A DNA stretch of 64,000 nucleotides, from assembly GCA_000991245.1 (NCBI GenBank), contig LBRD01000003.1, positions 6,734 to 70,733 on the forward strand. The letters are read 5' to 3'. Below are positions 1 through 8,172 of this stretch, piece by piece. This stretch comes from Parcubacteria group bacterium GW2011_GWC1_36_108 (lineage in GTDB: Bacteria > Patescibacteriota > Minisyncoccia > Moranbacterales > GWC2-37-73). A program made the translations under genes and the position numbers. The notes beneath the pieces were generated by a model. The model did not search any database. It was not told where the DNA came from and worked only from the letters and a program-made list of their open reading frames with translations. Each line of letters opens with the position of its first letter. The stretch's first letter is position 1.

Positions 1-407
1 ACAAGACCACAATATTGTTTGCAATATTGAATGTCTTCGGCTTCTTCAAAATCCTTGCAACCATTTTTGCAATCGGAAGACAAAATTTCCAAAAAACTGT
101 TGTCTTCAATGATGATTGTGTCATCCAAATCTTCTTCGTCGATATCTTCGTCATCGAAATCTTCCGAATCGTCTTGGGTTTCATCTTCCTCATCTTCAAG
201 ATCGATTGCTTCGTCATCTTCAAATTCAGCTTCGCTTGTTTCGTCAAGAGATTCAGGAGTTGTTGTTTCTTCTGAAATAATTTCATTGGCCTCATTTTTT
301 TGCTCAGCAGGAAAATAGCGAGATTTCAAAACAGGAAATGCCAAAACAGAAAGGATAATAATAGCCAGACCGAAGATGATAAGAGGGGCTTTGGGAGGAA
401 GAGACAT
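1..407 (-). CDS. hypothetical membrane-anchored acidic protein (partial, C-terminus beyond window edge)
   Basis: ATG at 407-405. The minus frame stays open to base 1, so it is absent from the track (no stop in window). N-terminal hydrophobic helix MSLPPKAPLIIFGLAIIILSVLAF, then a D/E-rich tail. Track ORFs 15..275 and 31..318 are antisense shadows. Confidence 0.5.
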   Translation of the reverse strand, partial: MSLPPKAPLIIFGLAIIILSVLAFPVLKSRYFPAEQKNEANEIISEETTTPESLDETSEAEFEDDEAIDLEDEEDETQDDSEDFDDEDIDEEDLDDTIIIEDNSFLEILSSDCKNGCKDFEEAEDIQYCKQYCGL

Positions 408-413
408 TGGATA

Positions 414-499
414 ATTTCAAATTAAAAATTAAAAATATCAAATAAATTAAAAACAAATTAAAAATTAAAAATATCAAATAAATTTTAAATTACTAAATT
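414..499. repeat. AT-rich word array (AATTTCAAATTAAAAATTAAAAATATCAAATAAATT), 30-nt unit duplicated in tandem (419-448, 455-484)
   Basis: Direct reading. An inverted partner lies at 880-911 on the other side of the four-helix-bundle gene. A near-identical copy in reverse orientation lies at about 20675-20717. Confidence 0.7.
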
Positions 500-865
500 T
501 CAATTTTGTTTTGTCTTTGTAATTATTGCTGAAAATATTAGCGTAAGTTCTTGGCATTCCCGCCATAATTCTCTAGACTCGTTACTTACTTCCGAGTCTG
601 CAACAGCAATCATTCTGAGCCAATGCTTGGTCTCCTTGCTTTCTTTTTTGCAAATGCCTAATTTGTGGATAAAGTCTTTTCGAGATTCTGCACCGTCAGC
701 TTCCATATAATTTGCGCCAATACTTGTTCCGCTTCTTACAATTTGACTGATCAGTGGTTTTGTTACTTCGCTTTTGGAAATACATTTAGAAAATTTAATA
801 ATTTTTTCTCCAAAAATTGCTGTACGCTCCTCCAAGTCAAATTTTATTGGTTTTTCATTTGTCAT
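500..865 (-). CDS. four-helix-bundle protein (23S rRNA intervening-sequence protein family)
   Basis: 121 aa. Family-typical pattern IVRSGTSIGANYMEA...SRKDFIHKLGICKKESKETKHWL. Confidence 0.8.
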   Translation of the reverse strand: MTNEKPIKFDLEERTAIFGEKIIKFSKCISKSEVTKPLISQIVRSGTSIGANYMEADGAESRKDFIHKLGICKKESKETKHWLRMIAVADSEVSNESRELWRECQELTLIFSAIITKTKQN

Positions 866-879
866 TTTTTTGGACTTTT

Positions 880-911
880 ATTTGAAATTTGATATTTGAA
901 ATTTGATATTC
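880..911. repeat. tandem 14-mer ATTTGAAATTTGAT x2, inverted relative to array 414-499
   Basis: Direct reading. Confidence 0.65.
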
Positions 912-916
912 TAATA

Positions 917-2377
917 CTAGTATTCTTTGACGATGTTTATACCGGAATAGTAGTAGCTGAGGATGCGGGTCCATTGCCAAGAGTGGTCACTGGCAAGAAC
1001 TCTGGCTCCATTGGCTGAAAGTCCAACCATATGATTGCCAGCGCTAGGATTGGAGATTGCTCCATATGGATCTGCTACTGATTGCAGATATGGATGATTT
1101 GAAAGTCCCCAAGCTTCTTCGGCACTTTTTGTTCGACCGTCAGTGTTGCTGCAATATGCACCCAAAACAATGTCGCTGCCATATTTCATTATAATCCCGT
1201 TGGTTTTTTGCGCTGCATCTGGAATAAAAGAATGTGTCAGTTCATAATCATATCCGTTGTAAATTTGATTAACAGGACTGGCAATCAAATCGAAACCAGC
1301 CATATCCCATTTGGTGGCATATTCAACCCACCAACGAGCATATGAGCGAGCGGCGACCATCATTGTTTTTGCCAAATGCTCAATTCCACCGGTACTCATT
1401 TCTCCATAGCCCCAAAGGTATAATTCCAAAGGCAATTCGTTGATTACCCAAACTCTGCGGCAAGCATTTTCCGGATCCCAAGCTGGGAAAGTTGCATCTT
1501 GATACAAACTGCAATTTGCATTTCCATCATTTGGAAGATTAGGATCAAGACTGTGCTGAATTTTAATCTTGCCTCTATATTGATCATATCCTGATCCTGA
1601 ATCGCCATCATAAAGAAGTGGCCTGTTAACATCAAAAATCATATCCGAATTGTTTCCGTCAACTGCATCAAAACAAATTTTATCCCCAACATTAGCGTTG
1701 GCCAAAATCAAAGGATCTGAATTGTATGCATTTAAAACTCCATCTCCTGCATATGAAACTCTGACATTTTGTCCAATTGCAATTGAAGGAGCAACAACGG
1801 TTGCTGCGCAATTTGTCACGCGGAAAGCCTTGTTGGCTGTTATTTTGAACGGATTGGCAGCAAGATCGATGGTATTTGAACTCCAAAGTCCGACTTTGAT
1901 TTCTGGTCCTCGGTTGGTAGTAACATTATCAATGTCAGCCATAAAAACTTTGTATCGATTGTATCCGTCTTTGTATGCACTTGAGCCATAATTTTTGTAA
2001 TTGTCATATTCCTTCTTGTCATATTTTTTGTATTTGGAATATTTTTTCACAGGCACGTATTTTTCCTTGTAAGTTTTGTATTTTTTGTATTCCTTAAGAA
2101 GCCCAGCATATTTTTGATTTGCGGCTGGATTTTTTTTGTACAATCTGTAATTGTCGTAAGCTTTTTTGTATCTCAGTCTTTCCTCAGTATTCTTAAAGCC
2201 GTATTTTGCTTTTGCTTTCTTGTATTTTGAGTAATCTTTCTTTTTTTCGTATTTACTGTATAAAGGATATTTTTCATAGTAATTAGCATCGTCAGACAAA
2301 GCGGCATCAGCCTTAAAGGTTGGTGTTAACAAGAAAGAGAGGATAATTACTACTAATACTATTTTTATTTTTGACAT
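917..2377 (-). CDS. SpoIID/LytB-domain protein with Lys/Tyr-rich N-terminal region
   Basis: Signal-like N-terminus MSKIKIVLVVIILSFLL. About 110 aa of K/Y-rich low complexity. C-terminal SpoIID-like motifs (MVAARSYARWW, YCSNTDGRT, NHMVGLSANGA, ILSYYYSG). Confidence 0.7.
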   Translation of the reverse strand: MSKIKIVLVVIILSFLLTPTFKADAALSDDANYYEKYPLYSKYEKKKDYSKYKKAKAKYGFKNTEERLRYKKAYDNYRLYKKNPAANQKYAGLLKEYKKYKTYKEKYVPVKKYSKYKKYDKKEYDNYKNYGSSAYKDGYNRYKVFMADIDNVTTNRGPEIKVGLWSSNTIDLAANPFKITANKAFRVTNCAATVVAPSIAIGQNVRVSYAGDGVLNAYNSDPLILANANVGDKICFDAVDGNNSDMIFDVNRPLLYDGDSGSGYDQYRGKIKIQHSLDPNLPNDGNANCSLYQDATFPAWDPENACRRVWVINELPLELYLWGYGEMSTGGIEHLAKTMMVAARSYARWWVEYATKWDMAGFDLIASPVNQIYNGYDYELTHSFIPDAAQKTNGIIMKYGSDIVLGAYCSNTDGRTKSAEEAWGLSNHPYLQSVADPYGAISNPSAGNHMVGLSANGARVLASDHSWQWTRILSYYYSGINIVKEY

Positions 2378-2408
2378 TATCTTTTATTTTTAAATTTAAA
2401 ATTGCAAC

Positions 2409-2441
2409 AAAAACTGCCACAATACAATTGTAGCAGTTTTC
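2409..2441 (-). terminator. rho-independent terminator-like hairpin
   Basis: CTGCCACAAT-aca-ATTGTAGCAG (9/10 bp), flanked by an A-run and a T-run, downstream of minus gene 2570..3202. Confidence 0.55.
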
Positions 2442-2466
2442 CCAGCTTCTTCCAAGTTTATTTTTT

Positions 2467-2541
2467 TCAGAAGTTACGCATTTCGAAACATTTCTTTTTT
2501 GGCCAATTGTTGGCGACAGCGACTCTTTGAGCTTTTGGATA
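2467..2541 (-). mobile_element. truncated copy of TIR element D (reverse orientation)
   Basis: tcagaagttacgcatttcgaaacatttcttttttggccaattgttggcgacagcgactctttgag is the reverse complement of 49172-49237. Confidence 0.7.
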
Positions 2542-2569
2542 CTCGCCCCGTCAAATTGTTCACAGATTT

Positions 2570-3202
2570 TTATTTAAATTTCTTTAAAAGTTTGCCATAT
2601 TTGCTTGATGGGTAATAGCAGTTTGGATTCGGTGTTTCGTCTGGGTCAAGACAACATTCCATATCCATATGTTTCTTTTTGCCCTTGTCACTTTTTTGAG
2701 GTTTGTCGTTTTTATTACTGCAAACTTTTTTGCCATCAGCATTTCTTTTAAAAATATAAGGTTCTGGCGCTTTTTTAATTGAAGGTGGTGCGGGAGTAAT
2801 TTTTTTTGTGTTAATATTTTCTTTGGGTTTGGGAATATCTTTTTTTGGAATTGTTTTTTCTGGGGATGCTATTGTTGGTGGTGTTACTGGTGTAATAATT
2901 TGAGTTTCTTGTGATTGATTTTCTTGTTCAGGTTCAGGCTGAGATTTTTTTTCATCATCAATGGTCGCGACAGGCGTGTTTTCAACTGGAATTTCTTTTT
3001 GCATATTTATGGCTGTTAAAAAAAACCCATTGATTGTCGATTCATTTATAAATTCAAGAAATGGTATAGAAACAGGCTTATCTTCTGAAACCTCAATATT
3101 TTGTGCCAGCAAAACTTTTGTTGGCAAGAAAACAATGAAAGACCCCAAAAAAATAAGTGGTAAAATTAGTGCTTGTTTTTTGATGTAAGATGTAGTCTTC
3201 AT
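2570..3202 (-). CDS. secreted or membrane-anchored Pro/Lys-rich hypothetical protein
   Basis: The track ORF starts at a TTG (3208); the first ATG is at 3202. N-terminal hydrophobic segment, P/K/E-rich middle, Cys-rich C-terminus. Confidence 0.55.
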   Translation of the reverse strand: MKTTSYIKKQALILPLIFLGSFIVFLPTKVLLAQNIEVSEDKPVSIPFLEFINESTINGFFLTAINMQKEIPVENTPVATIDDEKKSQPEPEQENQSQETQIITPVTPPTIASPEKTIPKKDIPKPKENINTKKITPAPPSIKKAPEPYIFKRNADGKKVCSNKNDKPQKSDKGKKKHMDMECCLDPDETPNPNCYYPSSKYGKLLKKFK

Positions 3203-3206
3203 AAAC

Positions 3207-3291
3207 AAAAGTTTTAAAGTTTTTAAAGTTATAAAGTTTTTAAAGTAAATTTCACACCTTTACCTTATGAACATTACAAACTTTACGAACA
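3207..3291. repeat. palindromic 9-bp-period array (GTTTTTAAA/GTTATAAAG words, then the inverted CTTATGAAC...TTTACGAAC)
   Basis: Direct reading. Confidence 0.65.
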
Positions 3292-3383
3292 AATTAAAGA
3301 TTTAGCTCACCACAACTTCGGCTATGTTATAATTCATCCTCGTTTGTCTTGAAGGTAATACCAATAAAATTAGAAAATAGTTC

Positions 3384-3418
3384 AAAAAACTGCCACCCTA
3401 TTGGGCGGCAGTTTTTTT
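3384..3418 (-). terminator. rho-independent terminator (bidirectional shape)
   Basis: CTGCCACCC-tatt-GGGCGGCAG between an A-run and a T-run, just downstream of minus gene 3435..3863. Confidence 0.7.
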
Positions 3419-3434
3419 GTTTTTGCTATATTTT

Positions 3435-3863
3435 TTATTGTTGTGCTTTTTGAGCTTGCTTCAAGGCTTTTGCTGCGAGTCTGGCAGCTTTTTTGGCTTC
3501 TTTGGCTGCGATTCTTTCTGCTTTGATTTTTTGTCTTTCAGCAATTTTAGCTTCTTTTGCTAGTCTTTTTGCTTCTTGTTTTTTCAAACGCTCAGCTTTT
3601 TTGATTTGCTGTGCTAATCTTTTTTCTTCCTGCTTTTTCAAAAGAGCGGCTTTTTTTGCAATTTGCGCTAGTCTTTTTGCTTCTTGTTTGGCTTTGATTG
3701 CTGCCAATCTTTCTGCTTGGCGTGCTTTGTTTGCTGCGAGTCGTTGTTGTTTTTTTGCTTGCGTGGTTGTTTCGGTTGTTGTTGTCGTTTCGTTTGCGCT
3801 AACAAACGTCACTGGGAAAGCAAATGCAACCATAAGGGCAATTGCCACGAGTTTTTTCTTCAT
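3435..3863 (-). CDS. secreted Lys/Ala/Glu-rich coiled-coil repeat protein
   Basis: Start moved to MKKKLVAIALMVAFAFPVTFVSA (signal-peptide-like). Reiterated KRLAQ/AKEAK motifs. The upstream extension in the track has no support. Confidence 0.6.
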   Translation of the reverse strand: MKKKLVAIALMVAFAFPVTFVSANETTTTTETTTQAKKQQRLAANKARQAERLAAIKAKQEAKRLAQIAKKAALLKKQEEKRLAQQIKKAERLKKQEAKRLAKEAKIAERQKIKAERIAAKEAKKAARLAAKALKQAQKAQQ

Positions 3864-4058
3864 TGTTTTTATTTTTAATAAATTACATCTGTTATTATAC
3901 AGCTTTGAAGCGAGAGCCACAAGGGAGTTGTGCACACCCGTCCGCATCGTCACGCGAGCAAGCTCGTTTGCCAGGGTCACATAAAATTTTTTAAATATTG
4001 TCTATAAATCAAATTTGCGCTATACTGGATAGGTAAATATTGAATAAATCAAACAATT

Positions 4059-5000
4059 ATGGAAGGTCAAAAACCGTTTATCTCAGTTGTCGTGCCTTTG
4101 TATAATGAAGAAGGAAATGTGAGGGAATTACACAAGCGTATTTTAGATGCGTGTGAAAAACTGGGAAAACCATTTGAAATTATCTTTATTGATGACGGTT
4201 CTAAGGATGAGACAATCAAAAATGCCCAAGGCTTGACTCCTCTTACTTTAATCAAATTTCGCAAAAATTTTGGACAAACCGCAGCTTTTGATGCTGGTAT
4301 TAAGCAAGCGCAGGGTGAGATTGTGATCACAATGGATGGAGATTTGCAAAATGATCCTGCTGACATCGGGCTGCTGTTATCCAAAATGGAAGAAGGATTC
4401 GATGTTGTTTCGGGTTGGCGTTTCAAGCGAAAAGATTCGTTGAGCAAAAAAATATTTTCACGTACTGCCAATTTGCTGCGAAAAATTCTGATTCAGGACA
4501 CGATTCACGATAGCGGTTGTTCTCTGAAAGCGTATAAACGAAATTGTTTCGAAGACGTTGATCTTTTTGGAGAGATGCATCGTTTTATGCCGGCATTGCT
4601 GGAACTTCAAGGGTATAAAATTGGTGAAGTGAAAGTGAATCATTATCCTCGCGTGCATGGCGTGACCAAATATAATTGGAAACGTGGGATGAAGGGTTTT
4701 GTGGATATGATTTCGATTTGGTTTTGGCGCAAATATTCCAACAGGCCGCTGCATCTTTTTGGTGGAACCGGCATCGTTGTTTCATTTTTGGGGACATTGG
4801 TTCTTGTTTGGATGGTGGTTGAGAAAATTTTCTTTGGCGCATCACTTTCAGAAAAAATATGGCCTTTGGTGGGAATCTTTTTGGTTCTCGTTGGCATTCA
4901 ACTTTTCGTGTTCGGACTTTTGGCCGATATTATGCTTAAGAATTATTACAAAGGACAAAAGAGGATGAATTACAATATCAAAGAAATTAGTCAAAGCTAA
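4059..5000 (+). CDS. GT2 polyprenol-phosphate glycosyltransferase (GtrB/ArnC-like)
   Basis: VVVPLYNEE...IFIDDGSKD...MDGDLQNDP, plus two C-terminal TM helices. Confidence 0.85.
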   Translation: MEGQKPFISVVVPLYNEEGNVRELHKRILDACEKLGKPFEIIFIDDGSKDETIKNAQGLTPLTLIKFRKNFGQTAAFDAGIKQAQGEIVITMDGDLQNDPADIGLLLSKMEEGFDVVSGWRFKRKDSLSKKIFSRTANLLRKILIQDTIHDSGCSLKAYKRNCFEDVDLFGEMHRFMPALLELQGYKIGEVKVNHYPRVHGVTKYNWKRGMKGFVDMISIWFWRKYSNRPLHLFGGTGIVVSFLGTLVLVWMVVEKIFFGASLSEKIWPLVGIFLVLVGIQLFVFGLLADIMLKNYYKGQKRMNYNIKEISQS

Positions 5001-5008
5001 TTTCTTAT

Positions 5009-5093
5009 TGTCATTCCCGTGAAAACGGGAATCCAGGACTGAGCCTAACTTGCGCGCAAACCTGGATCCCGGATCTGCTGTCCGGGACGACAC
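5009..5093. mobile_element. MITE-like hairpin element, family A copy 1
   Basis: GTCATTCCCGTGAAAACGGGAATCCAGG...CCTGGATCCCGGATCTGCTGTCCGGGACGAC. Three nested hairpins, with GTCAT / (G)ACGAC termini. Confidence 0.7.
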
Positions 5094-5106
5094 GAGTACA
5101 TGTCGA

Positions 5107-5175
5107 TTTCTTAACGCTCATCACTCGTTTTTTGCCTACGTACTTCATATGGTGCAAAGGGATGCGGGATACAAG
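5107..5175 (+). repeat. mosaic repeat: module C plus tail
   Basis: 5107-5156 matches 6677-6726 (50 nt, 2 mismatches). The tail ggtgcaaagggatgcgggataca matches 9446-9476. Confidence 0.75.
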
Positions 5176-5203
5176 ATATATAATTAGTATAATATTTTAA
5201 ATT

Positions 5204-6529
5204 ATGAAAATTGGAGTTATTGGAACTGGATATGTGGGTAGTGTGACAGGAGCTTGTTTTGCGGAAATGGGGAACACTGTTATTTGCGTGGACAATGATC
5301 AAAAAAAAGTTGATCAGTTTTCTTCTGGCAAAGTTCCACTTCACGAAAAAGGTTTGGATGAATTGGTTTCTCGAAATTTGAAAAACAAAACTTTGACATT
5401 CACGACTGATCTTGAAGATACTTTGAAAAAATCTGACATTATTTTTATCGCTGTTGGGACACCTCCAAATGAAGATGGAAGCGCCGACCTTTCTCACGTG
5501 CTTGGCGTGGCAACCTCAATCGGGCAAATGATGGATCATAAACTTATCATCGTGGACAAATCAACTGTGCCGGTTGGAACTGCTGAAAAAGTTTCCAAAA
5601 ATATCGCTAAAGAGCTTAAGGATAGAGGGGTCGAGATTCCTTTTTCCGTGGTTAGTAATCCCGAGTTTTTGGCGCAAGGAACTGCTGTCAAAGATTTCTT
5701 GGAACCGAGTCGTATTGTTATTGGCGCAGATGATCCAAAAGTAATTGAAACGATGCGCGAACTGTATGAACCTTTTATGCGTCGTGAAGGACGTTTCTTT
5801 TCAATGGATGCAAAAACAGCCGAGATTGTGAAATATGCTTCAAACTGTTTCTTGGCTGCCAAAATTTCTGTGAACAATGAGTTGGCAAACATTTGCTCAA
5901 AGGCAGGAGCTGATTTTGACAATGTGCGCAAAGCGATGGGCGCCGATCCGCGCATTGGAGAACCTTTTATGTATGCGGGTCCCGGTTTTGGTGGATCTTG
6001 TTTTCCAAAAGATGTGAAAGCACTTGTCAAAACAGCCAAGGATTTTGGATATGACGCTGAAATGTTGAAACAAACACTGGGAACAAACGACAAGCAAAAA
6101 TTTGTGTTGTCTCAAATGGTTATTGATGAGCTTGGGGAGGATTTGAAAAACAAAGTTTTTGGTGTTTGGGGATTGGCTTTCAAAGCGGGAACTGATGATA
6201 TGCGCGAATCTTCAGCGCTTACTATTATCAGTGAACTCATCAAAAGAGGAGCCAAAATTCAAGCGCACGATCCAGAAGCAATGAAAATGGCGCAGCGCGA
6301 GGAATATTTTGGCGAAAATTCAAGCATTACATATTTTGAAAATAAATATGATGCACTTAAGGAAGCGGATGCGATGCTTGTTATTACTGAATGGAAAGAA
6401 TTTCGCACACCAGATTTTGATGAGATTAAAAAACTTTTGAAAACTCCTATGATTTTTGATGGCAGGCTTTTGTATGAACCCAAGAAAATGAAAGAAATGG
6501 GATTTGATTATAAATCGATAGGAAGATAA
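5204..6529 (+). CDS. ugd: UDP-glucose 6-dehydrogenase family protein
   Basis: MKIGVIGTGYVGSVTGACFAEMG Rossmann N-terminus, GGSCFPKD catalytic-Cys motif, 441 aa. Confidence 0.85.
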   Translation: MKIGVIGTGYVGSVTGACFAEMGNTVICVDNDQKKVDQFSSGKVPLHEKGLDELVSRNLKNKTLTFTTDLEDTLKKSDIIFIAVGTPPNEDGSADLSHVLGVATSIGQMMDHKLIIVDKSTVPVGTAEKVSKNIAKELKDRGVEIPFSVVSNPEFLAQGTAVKDFLEPSRIVIGADDPKVIETMRELYEPFMRREGRFFSMDAKTAEIVKYASNCFLAAKISVNNELANICSKAGADFDNVRKAMGADPRIGEPFMYAGPGFGGSCFPKDVKALVKTAKDFGYDAEMLKQTLGTNDKQKFVLSQMVIDELGEDLKNKVFGVWGLAFKAGTDDMRESSALTIISELIKRGAKIQAHDPEAMKMAQREEYFGENSSITYFENKYDALKEADAMLVITEWKEFRTPDFDEIKKLLKTPMIFDGRLLYEPKKMKEMGFDYKSIGR

Positions 6530-6726
6530 ACTCATTTCCACATTTCTTTTTCCCGCAAAAAGAAACCTGGAGGAAAGAAAAGCTCGCACCTGATGAAGAT
6601 ACTGTGGCAAAAACTTCACTCTTCACTAAAATTTCTAACCGCCTCCGTCATTTTTGAAAATGACTCCGCGAAGAAATTTCTTAACGCTCATCACTCGTTT
6701 TTCGCCTATGTACTTCATATGGTGCA
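6530..6726 (+). repeat. mosaic repeat: module B (6530-6632), linker, module C (6677-6726)
   Basis: Module B is about 103 nt and nearly identical to 9341-9443. It contains the hairpin TTTCTTTTT-cccgc-AAAAAGAAA and starts 1 nt after the ugd stop. Confidence 0.8.
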
Positions 6727-6823
6727 GATAGGCTCAAAAAAATACAAACAGTTGCAGAATTTGAATGCAAATAAAAAAGACTTAGCGGGTTTTCTCGCTA
6801 AGCCTTTTGTTTATGTTAGGTCA

Positions 6824-7111
6824 CTAAGTCCATACGATTGAGTGACCTGGGTATATTTTTTGAATTTGTTTGATAAAATCCTCCTTTGAAATCGGAACGC
6901 AGAAGCGTTTGATTTTATCTATACCTCCAGAATAAAGAAGTGAAAATCCTGGAATATCAAACAGCGAAGCTTCGTTATGTTTCGTTGAAACATAAAGAAG
7001 AGGCGATCGTTTTGAGACCACAAAATCGTAGTCTTTTTGAAGTAGCGTTTTTTCTGTTGCTGTATCGGAAGCTTCTTTGATAATAATTGTTTTGCTCCTC
7101 CCGTCCTTCAT
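6824..7111 (-). CDS. hypothetical protein
   Basis: Start moved to the ATG preceded by AGGAGGAGGATT (strong SD). 95 aa. Confidence 0.5.
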   Translation of the reverse strand: MKDGRSKTIIIKEASDTATEKTLLQKDYDFVVSKRSPLLYVSTKHNEASLFDIPGFSLLYSGGIDKIKRFCVPISKEDFIKQIQKIYPGHSIVWT

Positions 7112-7121
7112 AATCCTCCTC

Positions 7122-7490
7122 CTATTTTGTGAGATTTGAAGATACAATCATACACACTGCGTTTACGTGCGTGGAAGATACATCAAGGGCAATTTCCTTT
7201 ACTCGCTTGTGTGTTCTGAGTACAAGACTACACGCTCTTTCCTGAACCTTTTTGTCAGAGAGAGCTTTTACGCGCAGAGCCTGCATCATAATTCGTTGAG
7301 CGTGGTCGTCGTCTATCTCTTTCAAGTCGTATTCCTTAAAAGAGGCGATATGTATACTTATGCCAAAGTTAAGTTCAGGATTATCATTCAAAAATTCACC
7401 AACAATTGCGGACACGGATTTAACCGCGGAATCCTTGTTGAAATTTTTGAGTTTTAGCTCCGCTGCTGCGTCAATAGTTGTTCTTTTCAT
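7122..7490 (-). CDS. hypothetical protein
   Basis: Start moved to the ATG preceded by TAGGGGGTAATACG (SD-like). 122 aa. Lies 10 nt upstream of 6824..7111, so probably forms an operon with it. Confidence 0.5.
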   Translation of the reverse strand: MKRTTIDAAAELKLKNFNKDSAVKSVSAIVGEFLNDNPELNFGISIHIASFKEYDLKEIDDDHAQRIMMQALRVKALSDKKVQERACSLVLRTHKRVKEIALDVSSTHVNAVCMIVSSNLTK

Positions 7491-7657
7491 CGTATTACCC
7501 CCTAAGTTTTTAAAGTGCATGGGCACTTTTTGGTATTTCAGCTATTATACACCTAAACGGGCAACGTGTCAATATGGGCGCCATTTTGCCCGCCTGCAAC
7601 GCTGTAGCACTGCGGGCAGGCCCTTGAGAAAGCGGAGAAAAGGTGGTAGGATGTAAT

Positions 7658-7788
7658 AGTTCATAAAGTTTTTAAAGTTCTTAAGGTTTATAAAGTAAAA
7701 TGCAAAAAGTTGTAAGGTTTTTAAGGTTTGTAAAGTTTATAATGTAAAATACAAAAAACTCCAAAGTTTATAAAGTTCATAAGGTAAA
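7658..7788 (+). repeat. 9-bp-period array, three sub-arrays each ending in GTAAAATRCAAAAA
   Basis: gttcataaa gtttttaaa gttcttaag gtttataaa ... read directly. Immediately upstream of four-helix-bundle gene 7794. Confidence 0.75.
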
Positions 7789-7793
7789 ACAAA

Positions 7794-8144
7794 ATGGCGA
7801 AATTTGAGACATTTGAAGATATTGTTGCTTGGCAAAAATCAAGAATTCTTGTAACTGATATTTATCAAGTATTCAGAAGCAGCAAGGACTATTCTTTTCG
7901 AGATCAAATACAGAGAGCTGCAGTTTCAATTATGAATAATATCGCCGAAGGTTATGAAAGAAAAGGAAATAAGGAATTTGCAAAGTTTTTATATATAGCA
8001 AAAGGTTCTTGCGCAGAGGTTCGTTCAATGCTTTATCTCGCTCTAGATTTAAGATATATTAATAGGGAAGAATTTAATAACTTTTCTGAACAATCACTTG
8101 TAATTTCTAAGATGTTATCAAGTCTCATAAAAACATTGTGTTAG
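7794..8144 (+). CDS. four-helix-bundle protein (23S rRNA intervening-sequence protein family)
   Basis: 116 aa. Motifs QIQRAAVSIMNNIAEGYER and FLYIAKGSCAEVRSMLYLA. Confidence 0.8.
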   Translation: MAKFETFEDIVAWQKSRILVTDIYQVFRSSKDYSFRDQIQRAAVSIMNNIAEGYERKGNKEFAKFLYIAKGSCAEVRSMLYLALDLRYINREEFNNFSEQSLVISKMLSSLIKTLC

Positions 8145-8146
8145 GG

Positions 8147-8166
8147 ACTTTAAAAACTTTAAGAAC
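8147..8166 (-). repeat. short inverted 9-mer array (ACTTTAAAA ACTTTAAGA)
   Basis: Reverse complement of the words in 7658-7788. It closes an inverted pair around gene 7794..8144. Confidence 0.55.
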
Positions 8167-8172
8167 TATACT

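Noticed and set aside
15-318. Track ORFs 15..275 and 31..318 (+), Ser- or Phe-rich
   Set aside because: They are antisense shadows of the open minus-strand gene 1..407. That gene has a proper ATG, a TM helix and an acidic tail.
3493-3984. 163-aa plus-strand ORF
   Set aside because: It is antisense to the K/A/E-repeat gene 3435..3863. Its low-complexity translation has no start context.
5536-6093. 185-aa minus ORF, and similar long antisense ORFs (9006..9704, 27048..27608, 35392..35760, 16138..16605)
   Set aside because: Each lies inside, and opposite to, a gene with clear family motifs (Ugd, GT4, LCP, GT-C). 9006..9704 also spans two genes and a repeat.
6320-6841. ORFs 6320..6619 (-), 6593..6841 (+) and 9218..9421 (-)
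   Set aside because: They are generated by mosaic repeat modules B and C; the same peptide (MPQYLHPVRAFLSSRFLFAGKRNVEMS) appears at both repeat copies. The SD spacing is not credible.
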